The notes: generated by a model from the letters alone, not told the origin. A stretch of DNA of 64,000 nt from Lingula anatina (GCA_051362555.1 CM120641.1:19902001-19966000); one strand, 5' to 3'; counted from the stretch's first letter, positions 26,201-39,059 are shown. Made by a program: numbers and translations.

Positions 26201-29200
26201 TAAATATTTCTTTTGATAACTTAAAAGAATAAATGGTGTGTTTAAAGGGTTTCTTTTCATAAGTAAATTTGAGTTTTTACTGTAATTTAAGTCATGAAGT
26301 TTGGAAAATACATTGTAATTGATTATTTATTTATTTATTTATTTATTTATTATTTTCACATATGTTAAGATATAATTGGGTGAATTTAACATAGAGTTAT
26401 GGGTAGATAGATTTCTTGAAAAGTTTGTGACCTGACTACACAATCCATATAAGCAAGTAATTCATGGCCTTCAGTGCACCAAGTGAATAGAAATCAAAGT
26501 CTACTGTATGATTAACTGAACATTTACAGCACCGACTGCTAACATCTGTGGCAATGAAATTGTGGAAACTGGTGAAGAATGTGACTGTGGTTGGGACAGT
26601 CAGTGCACTGACCGTTGTTGTAATAAACAGTCAGACAACCCCGCTGCTGGAGAGACACCATGTACCTTAAAGAAGAACATAGCGGAATTAGGAGGCATAA
26701 ATGCTACTTGCAGGTTTGGATTTTTTTTCTTTTGTACAATAAATGTGTTCAAACCACAAATGAACTTACTTTAACCAAAAATAGACTAAGTACATGATTG
26801 CTTATTGCTTGAAGTGGAAGGAAAAGTGTGATGTTGTGATGATCTTGTCTTCTCGTGATGTTAGTTGAACTGTTTTTGGTTTCTGAGTTAGTCTGGTTCT
26901 GAATGCAAGCTACAATATGAACTTACATGCTCTGAAGATTGCACTCACTGTTATGGACAGTGTCATGTTGATGTTTTTGTCAGGATTACGTTTTTCTTCT
27001 TTTTGCTCCTTTCTTTTTCATTGTCTGCAAGGTGGTTAAAAAAATACAAGCAGTAAGTAGAGGGTGATACTTTTATTTTTATTTTTTCAAGTTAGAAGAT
27101 ATATGTTACTAAAGTTGTAAAGTAAATAAAATGAAAAGGTGTTGAAATCTGAGTGATATTTGTTTCATGACATATTTCTGTTTTAGTCCAAGTCAGGGTT
27201 CATGTTGTTCGGCGGACACCTGTGACCTTGTGACTGCCGCAGAAAACAAGACTTGCAGAGCTGCTGGAGAATGCAGTGAAGCTGCCTACTGCAAATATCC
27301 TTTTTTGCAAGTAATAAGGTCATATAGATATGCCAGTATATATTGCTTTTTCACTTGATGTTAGTTACTGTTTTTAAAACAGCTGTCACACAAATCTAAA
27401 GGAATATTACATTTCCTCAACACAGAAAGGTTGATTGCATTACATCACACAGAGAACTGCAATGTGGTGTGATAAATTTGAGTTAAGCATGCAGGGGTTT
27501 GGATCCATCTAGTGCCAGAAATAGATGTTATACTTAAAGAGCCGTCTGTAGTAATGCTTTTATATTGTTGAATTGAGAAGATATTTTTCTGTGGTCGATA
27601 TAATGAGTGCATTATGCAAATAATTTCACTGCCTTACTCTGGTGTTTATTTTCATGTCAGGTAAAGTGAAATATCTGTGCTATCAGTATTAGGTAAATCA
27701 ATTGGATATCCTGACATGAAGTGAAATTATTTATTTGAACATGTTTATGCCTTAACGTGCCTTCACTGGGAGCAGTTTTGAATGTCCTGCTAGTGTAAAC
27801 AAACCTAATCAGCTTACCTGTAGCACAGGGATATGCAGTGATGGGGTAAGTTCATCTTCATCCTTATCTGACTCTTTAAGCTCAGTGAATGAGATATTTG
27901 TAAAGTGGCCATCTTAAATCTTGTGTTTAATTGGAGAAAAGAGAAAATGCAGAATTTGACTGTTCTGCCATTGTAAAAGTAGGTATGTTGTTGATCTTTT
28001 TTTTCTTACAAGTAGTCTTTTGTTCTATCATTATATATAGGTGTGCAGTACTGATATATGTCCAGCTTGGGGCCTAGTGGGTTGCCAGTGCTCCCCTACT
28101 GTAGATGGAGATTATAAAGATGTTAAACTGTGCCAGTTATGCTGCAAGCAGAATGTGACTGGCGCAGAGTGCAAGTAAGTCCTGTAAATTGTCATGAAGA
28201 AGATTTCTATACATAAACAGCCTGAAAATTTCTCTATTTTAGTGCAGCAGACACCAATTAAGTCCTTTTAACTATTGCGTTTGACTCTTGATACTAACAT
28301 GTTTAAGGCATGTTCCATTGCTGCTTAGAACAGATTTTTATGACATTTTATACAAAAGTTTCCTTATGGCCTCTATGTGTCTAGTGTTATATCTTAGTGA
28401 TGTAGCTATATGTTTTGAGAGAATCACCTTAATAGCCTAGCCATTACATGAGAGTCACCTTAACAGAGCCCCTTTGCTTAACACTACCAATTTAGAGTGC
28501 ATTCAAAACATCGAACTAACAGATCCATGGATTAAATTTGGCAACCGACTTAACAGTAGAAAGCAAAGACATTAAGGACATGTGAAAGGGAGTGAATTCC
28601 CCTGGATTATAATCACATGGTAGAACCCTTCAAAACATTGTTACAAGTGCACGGCTAAGATGTAACACGTGAAAAGGCCTTTTATCTACTTGTTAAATTG
28701 ATTTTAGTATAATAGACATTAACAGATGATCTGAAAAATGTAATGCTTTTAAATGGATTGAAGTACAAAATACATCACCAAAATGTTATAATTAATTCAT
28801 TTTCAATCTTTTTCTACAAGGTCTACTTTTGAGATTACCACAATGCCAAACACAACTTTAACCTCTGGAAAACCATGTTACAACTACAATGGTTACTGCG
28901 ATGTGTTCTTAAAGTGTAGGCAGGTGAGGGGAAACTTCAGTACAAATGGTTATTGGTAAATTTCATTCTGATGTGCCTTGTCTGTCACACCTTTATGTGG
29001 AAAATTTTTCTCATGGCACATGAATTTCATTTGTGAATTCTGTTTATTACTTTTTCTGTTAGGTTAATCCATGCGGTCATTTGCTTTAGAAAAAATCCTA
29101 GATGGGATACTATCATTACTTTTTCATGCAGTTTTAAACATGTAGCTTCATCTGTTTTTAATAAACTATCCTTTGTTTATCCAGGTGGTTTGACCACTTT

Positions 29201-31201
29201 GAAAAAAGTTTTTTTTTTTTTTTTTCGTGTTAATTCAGGTTGATCCAAGTGGCCCTCTGTCCATGTTAAGGAACCTGTTCTCTAGTGATGGACTAGAGAG
29301 TATGAAGGCCTGGCTGACTACATATTGGTATGTGGTGGTGGCTGGTGGAGTGGGATTCTTTGTTCTCATGGTAAGTGGGCATCAATTTTTTAGAACTATT
29401 TTTGATCAGATGGCATTTTTTAATTTAAAATTATCGTTACAGGAGGTGTTGTTTTTATTATCTAGTAATACTTGAATTGATTGAATTTGAACTTTTGTTG
29501 AAATAATGAGAATGATGCATGGTGCATGGTATCATAACTGACTTATTCGTTTGCAGTCATTAGACACAATTTATATTTATTGTAAATTTATTGAAGTATT
29601 TGCATGCAAGCTAACAAATTAAAATTATTCCACATGCCATATCTAGCTATGGCTACAGTGTTTGAAGGCAAGGCTTCAACATGTTTTATGCAATTTTATT
29701 TGAGCTCAGTAGGAAAAGATGTCTATGAAATAAGGGCTTTTGAGAGTTTGCTTCAAAGATACACCACAACCTCTAACCTTTAAATTACTGCAATGTGGCA
29801 TTATTGACTTACATGGCATGCATGCATGTGACACATGGAAACAACTTACACTACAAATCAATTCACTGGGATAATGAGAAAAAATTTCCAGGTTGCTGTC
29901 TGTCCATGTCATCGTGTCCAGTGGGTGCTGCAGAAATTACTTAAAATACTGAAAAACTTTTGAATGACTGTTTTGGATAAAATTTGACTGACATTGAGGC
30001 TTTTGAAATGCTCTGGCTCAGTGGTCAGTGGTGTGCCACTGTTTATATTTAGAAGGTATTAGTACCAATGATAATGAATGCTTGCTTACTTATAGGAAGG
30101 ATGCATACATTTACATTATTTTTTGCATGCAGGCAATATTTATCAAAGTGTGCAGTGTGGATTCTAGCAAGAAGCCCAAGTCTAAGGATGAGGAAAAATC
30201 TGACAAACCTGAGGAAAAGCCTGAAAAACATGGCAAAAAGAAGAAAAATGGAAAAAAGAACAGGGTTTCTCCTACTGCATGGGATAAAAACTAAAAAAAG
30301 CATGTATGATATGTACTAACTAATTGAATTACACTACTGTGAAGCCTTTATTGATAATAATTTTTTTTATGAATATCCATGACCATGGCTTTTGACTTTT
30401 TTAAAGTGCCTGTGTGTAGATTTTTTAATAGATGAAAAAAGGGAAATGAATCACCATATGAAGGCCCTTTTCCTGTTGATTATCAAATTTTACAATTATT
30501 TTTCATAAAGACTTCATAGTATTGCTTTTATTTCATACCATTGTTCTTATATGTCGCTCTTAACTTAAATGTAGTTATACATGTACTCGTTAAGTAATTT
30601 TCATTGCATGTTTTAGCACATATTATAATGTACCACATGACTAGCTGAAAATTGCATGTGCATGAGAAAGTGGTAATAAAACATAACATGTTATTAATAG
30701 GCCAGTTGTAGACACTGTATAAGTATTATGTTGAAATAAGTATTGTTTTAAAATTTTCAGGCTCTTTTCATCAGATTCTGCAGTGTCAGTCATGCTAAAG
30801 ATCCAAACAGGGTTGAGGAGTTAAATTCTGATGAATCAGACAAAAAAAGCAAAATAAAAAACATTTTCTCAACCAAAAAATCCTATTCAATTCCATCAGT
30901 TGAAAAATCAAGTCATAGACCTTTGCCTATTGTTCGGCCGAATCATACTTTACGTAATAATAATAAAGAGTGCCACAAATTAGAGCCTCAAAAACTGGAA
31001 AGCGGGCATCCACAGTATAAACATAATCATTCCAAGCATGACCGCCCTACTGTACATCAGTCATGGAAATCCAACGAATGGAAGAGGAAAGTGGATCATG
31101 AAGACCAGTATATAAGTAACAGGAAACCATCTAGGAGACCCCCAATTAGCCTCCGTCCACCAAGACTACAAAGACATAATAAAGTGGGCCAGTCTCCTTA
31201 G
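16072..31201 (+). CDS. ADAM10: ADAM10/Kuzbanian-like disintegrin metalloprotease (760 aa with exon 14a, 853 aa with exon 14b)
   Basis: Exons 16072-16153, 20094-20226, 20604-20722, 24115-24594, 24818-25077, 25416-25544, 25929-26106, 26530-26713, 27187-27294, 27767-27845, 28041-28174, 28821-28923, 29239-29370, then 30133-30294 or 30761-31201. Signal peptide; prodomain [23 protein letters not shown]; furin site RFKR; [21 protein letters not shown]; zinc motif [12 protein letters not shown]; Met-turn [12 protein letters not shown]; disintegrin [24 protein letters not shown]; [18 protein letters not shown]; transmembrane helix. May be a divergent paralog. Confidence 0.93.
17250..17286. repeat. (AT)n microsatellite
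   Basis: Direct reading. Confidence 0.95.
27295..27766 (+). other. U12-type (minor spliceosome) AT-AC intron in ADAM10
   Basis: 5' splice site ATATCCTTTT at 27295; branch site TGCCTTAAC at 27748-27756; AC acceptor at 27765-27766. Splicing restores [19 protein letters not shown], matching the ADAM10 disintegrin pattern CNG....CPAS..KPN. Confidence 0.95.
30133..30294 (+). CDS. ADAM10: ADAM10 alternative terminal exon 14a (short, charged cytoplasmic tail)
   Basis: cag acceptor, phase 0; [18 protein letters not shown]...[13 protein letters not shown]; AATAAA at 30675-30680, upstream of the 14b acceptor. Confidence 0.8.
   Translation, partial: AIFIKVCSVDSSKKPKSKDEEKSDKPEEKPEKHGKKKKNGKKNRVSPTAWDKN
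30761..31201 (+). CDS. ADAM10: ADAM10 alternative terminal exon 14b (long tail, Pro/Arg-rich end)
   Basis: ttttcag acceptor, phase 0; [17 protein letters not shown]...[22 protein letters not shown]; 146 codons open; candidate poly(A) signal at 33158-33163. Confidence 0.8.
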   Translation, partial: ALFIRFCSVSHAKDPNRVEELNSDESDKKSKIKNIFSTKKSYSIPSVEKSSHRPLPIVRPNHTLRNNNKECHKLEPQKLESGHPQYKHNHSKHDRPTVHQSWKSNEWKRKVDHEDQYISNRKPSRRPPISLRPPRLQRHNKVGQSP

Positions 31202-32621
31202 ATCTGAGATATTAAAACAACTTTTTTTGTGAATATTTGTAAGCCTTTATTGGGTATATGCATTTATTTATAGAATGAATTGGTAAAAAAATCATTGAAG
31301 CTCTTAAAATTGATGAGTGACTGTAGACTGGTATGTAGAGCAAGGGGAGCTTTAACACCACATCTTCTATGATGTAAAGGGAATGTGAAACTTATACAGT
31401 TTTCCTCTCTTATTGTGGATAACTATTCATATATGACACATATCTTTTGGATAAAGTGCCAGAAATTATTATATATGCCATTTCAAGAAAAAAAGCTATG
31501 CTTAACCTTTTAAAGTTGTAGTAGTACCAATCATGATTATACAGGCATTGCGCTTCCTTCAAGAAATGCCTCTTACCCAAACATTTTTTATAAATCTTTA
31601 TATACAGCTGTTGTAGCAAAAACTTGCAGTTATCTTATGGTGACAGTTATAGAATACAAGATATTCATATTTAGAAGACAGATATTTTTGTAACAATTTT
31701 CTTATTCTTTTGTAAACTATTATATGCTTAATGCAACCGTCCACTATTAAGCCAGTAGTTACTTTTTAGTTTTTTATGTTTGTTAGCATCTCACACATTG
31801 TTAAAATTGTAAATTCCCCTCATTGACTGTCTGAATTATATCAGGGTTATATAGACTCTTCTATATGTTGTTTATTGACATATTATTGGATAGTAATATC
31901 TTCGGGGTCTACTATCACAGTTACCATATTGTAAGTTGTGGGTGCCTTGCCTAATTTTATGTTTTTCAATGATCTCACTCGGATATATACCAATACATTG
32001 CTATGTATTTTAATTTAAACTGTAGTTTTGTATTTTTACCACACAACTTTGCCTGACAAATCAGGGTAGCAGCAGTGGCAATAGTGGCTAGAGGTAACAG
32101 ACTCCCAAATGACTAGTTTCTTTACCAGCTATCGCAGTGGACTTCTGGGGTCGCTTACAACAGAAAATGCTAATAGCACTGTGGGAACTAGCATTTGTAT
32201 TCTAATATTGCGAGAGTCGATAGTCTTGAGGTTATGCAGTTGTTAGTGTGCCACCACCACTGCAAATATAATTATTTAGCTCTGAACAGATTAATTTAAA
32301 AGCTCAGCATCTGTGATATAAATATTTAACCAAATGCTTATTCTTGAAGTAAAGACGTTGTGGATATGGTATATTCAGATATAAATATATATGTTCTCTA
32401 TGAAAGTTTGAAGTACATTGTTCTGTCAATGTTTTGATGATAATTTCATTTTTGTGTTGGGTATTTATGTTGGTTTAGCTGTAAGACCATGTTGTAATCT
32501 TGCACCAGGTAGGTATCACCTAAAGTGCAGTAAATTATTATATTTTTTCTATGATTTTGATGAAATGCTCACAACATCTTAATCTTAGTGTTGTCCTCTG
32601 AGATTCAGCACTTAATGAAGG

Positions 32622-32800
32622 CTGGGGTAGCGCTAGCACTTTTTTTATTTTTTTGGCTTAGCCAAATTGCCACTTGTTTGTCAATTTGTTATCCAAATGG
32701 TTTTAATATGACTAAAATTAGTCAAATCAAGTCCCTTTTGTTTAGCCAATTTGTCAGTTTTAACATTTGGCTAAATTGGCAAGTGTTAGCGCTACCCCAG
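32622..32800. mobile_element. MITE (179 bp) in the putative ADAM10 3' UTR
   Basis: 20-bp TIRs ctggggtagcgctagcactt / aagtgttagcgctaccccag with 1 mismatch; flanks gaagg/ggagg resemble a degenerate 5-bp TSD. Confidence 0.7.
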
Positions 32801-33793
32801 GGAGGCCATCCTCTGTAGCAGCATAGGCACATGATTTTGTTATGCTGTACATGGAATTAAGCTTAATGTACAGTCATGCCTATTTGTTACGAAGTACAGA
32901 ATGATGTTATACTGACATAAAGTAGTCAGTAGATGAATTTGTTTTAAGTTCTTTGAATATTTGTGTTTTTACATATGTGGACAAGATGCATAATGATATA
33001 CAGATGAAGGGGCCTATTTCAATGTATTGTGTCTTAGTTATCATGTTTTTTTTTCTTTCTTTTCATTATGACTGAACCTTTGTAACCATAGAAATTTGGC
33101 AAGACCCTGTACCTGTTGTAAAAGTTTAAATATTTTTGTAATGTTTGTGCCTTGTATAATAAAGTGTGAGCAAGCAATGAGCAGAATTTTTTGTTTCTTT
33201 GATATTCTATTCTACTAGTTTAATTTAAAAATTGAATAATAAATATGATATCCTTATGAAATCTTCTCTAAAACATTTCCACAGCTAAATAAAGCAGTAG
33301 AATAAAAAAGAATTAATTTTTAAAATTTACAGTTAATTTTTTTCACAAACATCAGCCAGAAACTGAACTACTACTAAACGAGAAAAACACTGCATTTTAT
33401 TGAAAACATACTTCTCAAATATTATGCTTTTACTTAACAAATAAAAAACAGACATTAGCTTTTTCTGCAGAATTCCCCCTTTTTTAAAAATTCATTTGGA
33501 CAGCCTGTTCAGGCAGAAGACGATTGCAACCTATTGCAACTGGCATTTTTAAAAACTTACCCTACCCTCTACCATCTAGAGACATATCTATGGAAAATCA
33601 ATCGGTCGCCCTGGTAGAGGGTAAACCTACCCTACATGTACCACCCACCCCAGCACTTATCATCACGATGAATGTCCAGTGTTTTTTCAAATACCCAGGT
33701 TCACATCTGAAAAAATTAAATATTTGTGATAACACATCAATTCCATTGTTAACATTGTACAAATTTAATTTTTTTTCCATTTAAACAATCCGG

Positions 33794-36762
33794 TCAAGCA
33801 ACTTCATAGGTGGGATTGCCATATGAGCTCCAGCTTCCAAAGTCGTCCAGGGTAATGTATCGATATCCTTTGACATGACGCTTTCTGAAAAAAGGAAAAG
33901 GAGATCAAGGTAGTCTTATCATAGGGTTAATTATCATTAAACAGAACAAAGGGTAATCAGACAGGTCAATTTAACAATGTTTAACAATTTAATAAATATT
34001 TTTAGAATTTTATGTAAGTTTTACCAACATATGCAGTGTTATTTTCTCGGTAAAAACAGTTCCGAAAAGTACAATGGCATCAGATTTTAGTATGAGACTA
34101 TAACTTCTATGTATGCAGCAGACAACTGTTTAAAGCCAAGAAATGTGCTTCAACAATCTGTTTGATATAAATGTTGCATGTAGTATTTGGCATGAAAATG
34201 TGTGTAAAGAATAAACTACAAGTCATCTAATATCATATATTCTACAGTTATTTTCATCTTACCTCATCCACAGGAAAATTACAATAACAATGATTAAAAG
34301 CACAGGCAGGCCAACTCCTAGGCCCACTGCCAGTCCCACATTGTTTCCTGATGGCTTTTCTGTATCTTTCTGTGCAATGTGAGTTGTTATGTCCTTGGAT
34401 AAACTTGTTGTAACAATGGATTCAGGGGATGTTTGCATGTTCCTTCCAGTTGTTATTGTTACTGGTACCGTTTCCTTGCTGATACCAATGGTACTACTGG
34501 CAATACTAGGCGGATTCTCAGTTACTGTTGTAATTATAGTACCAGTGACAGTGATGCTGACATTGTTATCTATAGTTGATAATGTAGAAATGGGTACAGG
34601 TGTTGCTGTTGTACCTGTTGTGTTTGTGTCTGGTGATGTCTGACTTGTAGTAATGGACTGCTCAGTTGTCATGGTAGCTCTGCCACTGTCAGGAATAGGC
34701 TTCTTTGTTGAGCCTGTAAACATGGCTTCAGTAGTAGAAGTCACGGAAGCTGTCTCACTGGTACTAGTGTTGCTTGTGGCAGTTAAAACAGTTGTTAAAT
34801 CTACACCAGGGTTGACAGTGCTTTTGGCACCAGTAGATGTTGAAATATATGTACTCAAGTCCATGTATGTAGTGCTTGTTGAAGTAGTTGTACCATCTTG
34901 TATTGATGCTGAAGTTGATTGTAAGGATGAAACAGATGTTGTACCAACCACAGTGGGAGTAAGGGTTTTTGCCGAATCGTTGGAAGATGTAGGATTTGAA
35001 GTTACTGTGGTTATAACTGCAGTTGTCTCTGCTGCTGTTTTAGTTTGCATTGCCCTTGTTGATGAATTAACCTTAAATGAAGTTGTTAATTTTGACAGAA
35101 ACTTTGATGTAGACACTGATAATGATGTAGGTTCCTCTGGTAATGCAGTTGTTTGTGTACTGTTATCCTGCATACTAGGACTGCTACCTGCTGTTGTAGT
35201 ACCTGGTGTTGTTCTTAAACTTTTTTCTGAGCTTGTATTTATATCCGGTGATGTCCCCTTTTCATTTGTCACCTTCTTTGCTGTCACTGTTGGTGTCACC
35301 AATGTTGTGGTGGACCCAAGTTGAGTCACAGAAGGTGTCTCGGTGATTCCAGTTGACGCAGTCATTGATGTTGTAGAGGTCGAGACTTTAGTTGTTATTG
35401 TGGGTACCTTTGAGTCTGTCATAGACTGTGTGCTAGTCACAGGTGATGTCTTTGGTGGTTCAGTCTTTATAGGTGTCACTTTTGTCATCACTTTGGAAGA
35501 TGAACTGATACTAGGAGGCATTGTTGAAGATGTTGATACAGTTGATGAGGCTGAAGCATTACTAGAACTATCATTGTTTATTTTAATTGAGGTTGTAAGG
35601 TGTGGTAATGGACTGGTATTTAGCTCTGGAGAAAATGCATTTGTCCCAACCTGGCAACTTACTAAAACTGAAAAAGGAAAGAGGTTAATTAAATATGAAC
35701 AAAAGATAATTAGTGAATGAGTAAGTAAATTACATGTTTACTGCATTTTCTGAGAAATATTTTTGATAAGTAAAACCCGATTTCTTACTTTTTGCACTTT
35801 CTTTGATGACTACCCCTTTTATGAAACTTTAAGCTAGGATCTATCTAAAAAATTAAATTCCTGAAATTCTGCAATATAAATCTGTAGCACTCCTATTTCC
35901 TGTCTTTTTGGGGAAAGTGGATGGGGAATTAGGAGTCCCCTGACCCTCCCCTCTCTCCTTCTTATCTTGGATCTATCAGGGGAAAATTAATAAATATATA
36001 CTTTTTTCAAGACCTTTATTACATCTTGGGCCCAGGTGGGACCTCGATTACACTATTGTGAAGTGGCACTGTGTTTTGTCCGGCAGGCCTTACTAGCATC
36101 ACACGGAGATGAGATTTCCCGACTATCGGAGGACCTCCGACTTTTTGGGAGTCTAAAATGTCCCCCCCCCCCCCCCCCCGGCGGTCCCCACTCCATATTT
36201 TCCGACTTTTTCACTAAATGGCAGTTTCATCCCTGAAAAGGAAAGGTAAGTCGAGTTGGGACCTTCCTTTGTACTTCACATAAGTGCCAAATCACTTTCA
36301 CTTTCCCTTTTGGTTGACTGTTTATAATATAAGGCGCGTTAATAATCTTGTCTTTTACCTAAGTGCTTAACAAGATTTTAAATAAAAACCGCAAGTTTGG
36401 GAGTTTAAGTTATTTACATGATGACATCCGTGTCTCGCATACCACCAAATACCCCATACTATCGTTACCCTTAGCACTTTAAATTTGTAAACTTTGTTTT
36501 TAACTCTCGAGCATCGGTTTTGCTAAAATAAGGCTATCACACTTTTTTCTTTTCTTTTTTTTTTTTTTTCGTTTTCATTTCCAGCGTCAACTTATACGGA
36601 CCATGATAGGCAAAGGGGGATAGGGGGCGGGGGCAAAGAACAGTTCAAGTTACGTGAACTAAATTTAAAAGTGAATGACAGAGTCCCGCTCTGTTACAGA
36701 TGTAGTAAAAACTAAAACTTCTTACCTAGACTTAGCAATACGACATACATTTCGACTCCCAT
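33794..36762 (-). CDS. Mucin-like single-pass type I membrane protein with a PARM1-like tail (510 aa)
   Basis: Exons 36726-36762, 34263-35667 and 33794-33884 (minus). Signal peptide MGVEMYVVLLSLVLVSC; ~430-aa Ser/Thr-rich ectodomain; TM VGLAVGLGVGLPVLLIIVIVIFLW; tail MRKRHVKGYRYITLDDFGSWSSYGNPTYEVA*. Confidence 0.88.
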
Positions 36763-39059
36763 TTTACGACGTGTGTCCTATAACTTGCTTGCATGTCCTT
36801 ATGCTTGTTAAAACACTGTAAAGTTGTAGGACCAATATGTTATCTGCTTTGTCCTACTTTTACAGATAAGCGAGACAAGGCATGACAAGGACACATAACG
36901 CTACTATTCACATGCATGCAGAGGTCACACATTAATCTTTATACAAAGAAACCTTATTATAATGCACGCGGCACTAATGTTTATTGACACCATGCCGTTA
37001 TATATTAAACAGAAAATGATTTTGTGACGTTAATAAGTACCTTCAGGTAATGTACATGTATACATATATGTTGGTGATGTACAGTAGTGTCGTATGCAGC
37101 CAAAAGAGGGCGATGGTATTCGAATAAACAACTCGTTCACTCGTCCACTCTGGTGGGCGAAAGACGTTTTCCAGTATTCATTGGGTTTTTGACATTGAAA
37201 GTTTCTCTGAAAAGTAACAAAATCTGTAATATGTTAGTTTTCATTTCACTTATCATATTGAAAGGGACTAATTGAGCTGGCCAGATCTTAGCAATGAAGA
37301 GGATTCGGTGTTTTAGTATAGAAATTCATTAAAATGTGTAGGCCTACTGTACCACGGTAAATTATGAAAGTACAAATAAATCCAACTTTAAGAAACAACG
37401 ATAGTGTAGGAAGAGTTAAAAAATTACAGTTTTAATAAAGTTTTTTATTTAGTATCATTGAATACCTTGGATGTCAATAAAGGAATCAGAGGGCGTCTTT
37501 GATTTTTTTTTTTTTTTTTACCTTATTTATTTTTATGAATTTTTAGGGTCCCGTTTCTCATTATCATGACATTGCATGTATATCTCGTTCACCGAAATTC
37601 ATTCACCAGCTTTTCATCTATATAATATAATATAATATAAGGTTTCATTTTCCGGACATACAGAAAGAAGGGTGTCTCGAGGTAAAGCGTTATCAGTACC
37701 ATTTAGTTCATTTAGTCTGGAAAGGGGCATTTACTCAACCCCAAAAACTCTGATAAAGCCTAACGTAAATTTTGTATAGAATAAAAAAAGTAGTCAGTCC
37801 CTGACTTAAGCGATCCTATTCGGGATTTTCTCACCAAAATCGAATTTTCCCATGAAAAAAAGGCAATTTCTTCTACACACGAACCATTGCTTGACCCGTC
37901 CCTGGGCTTTTGATTTGATGTTTAATACCACTTTAATATAATAATTTAGTCCTGAATGTTTCCCGTAACATTTAGACTGTCATGTCTTCCCGTACATTTC
38001 AGAAGGTACTTTTATTTGATGGGTTTTATCGTTTATTAAGTATTGAATCGGGAGAGATAAGTGGGGCAGTTGCAATCGTGGATAGCTTATTTTTAAACTT
38101 AGGACCCATATTGTGATAGTGGACACGTTTTCCGACGGAAAATATGTCTGATTCTGAATAATTCTTTCCAAAAAAGTATTTGTTTCTCTGGCATTTTATG
38201 ATACTATTTGGAATAAGAAAAGACTATATTAATAGATGACTAAAATAAAATGTGACGCACCGTCACAAAGATCAATAGTAGAACTGTTACGAAGTGATGA
38301 TTCCAAACCTGTACCCTTCACATTATAGGCCTATTTGTCTTGTAGCACATAATCATTGTATTTAAATTAATAAGTTCTATATGAACCAGAGGATTCACTT
38401 ATCTTTTCTACGGAAGATTTAATAAGAAATGCCAGATCCTTCGAAGTTTGCAACTTTTTTTCTTGTGCACGAAATTTAAGAGTGATAACGGTAAAATTGA
38501 CGGGAAAAGAAATGAAGTTATCGATCCCCCTGTTTGCGCACGTTGCAAAAAGTCAATGGCGCAAACTGATAAAGTTATCATGCAATTCAGTCATTCTACC
38601 TGAGTTCCATTAAAAATTCAAAGGCAGGATCGATTTTGTTTTCCGGCAAATCTACCGGCGCAACCTGGGTATGACACCATCGACGAGTAGCCTAGACAGC
38701 TTTATTTCACTTTTAGAAAATGAGACTTGCAAAATAAGACATCATTCCCAGTAAATCAAAGTTTCTAAATGTGCGTCTTAAACTAAATTACATGTAGATC
38801 TCACTTCTTGTCTGACTGCATACCACTGGTGGCCGGCTGAAATCAATAAACACCTTTTCATCAACCCTTTCTATGGAGGACCCTGCAGAGGGCGCTCTTT
38901 TCTATCCGTACCGCTGGGACGCAAAATAATCGATATCAACAAGCCTCGGCATTTCGTGAGGCAGGTTAGTTGGAGTCGGGTCCAAATTACTTCTTGTATT
39001 CCCATCTTGCGTGACTTCAAGAAAGTCTTTTTCGGGAAGAAAATTAAGATAACGACCAA

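Noticed and set aside
26830-26890. C/D-box-like TGATGA...CTGA in ADAM10 intron 8
   Set aside because: Too short, with no terminal stem or identifiable guide sequence.
34389-35720. Long plus-strand Val-rich ORFs (84, 223 and 125 aa)
   Set aside because: Antisense shadow of the Thr/Ser-rich mucin exon.
38687-38700. RFX X-box-like gtagcctagacagc upstream of PKD2-A
   Set aside because: Plausible for a ciliary gene but has mismatches to consensus, and I found no clear counterpart upstream of paralog B; needs conservation data.
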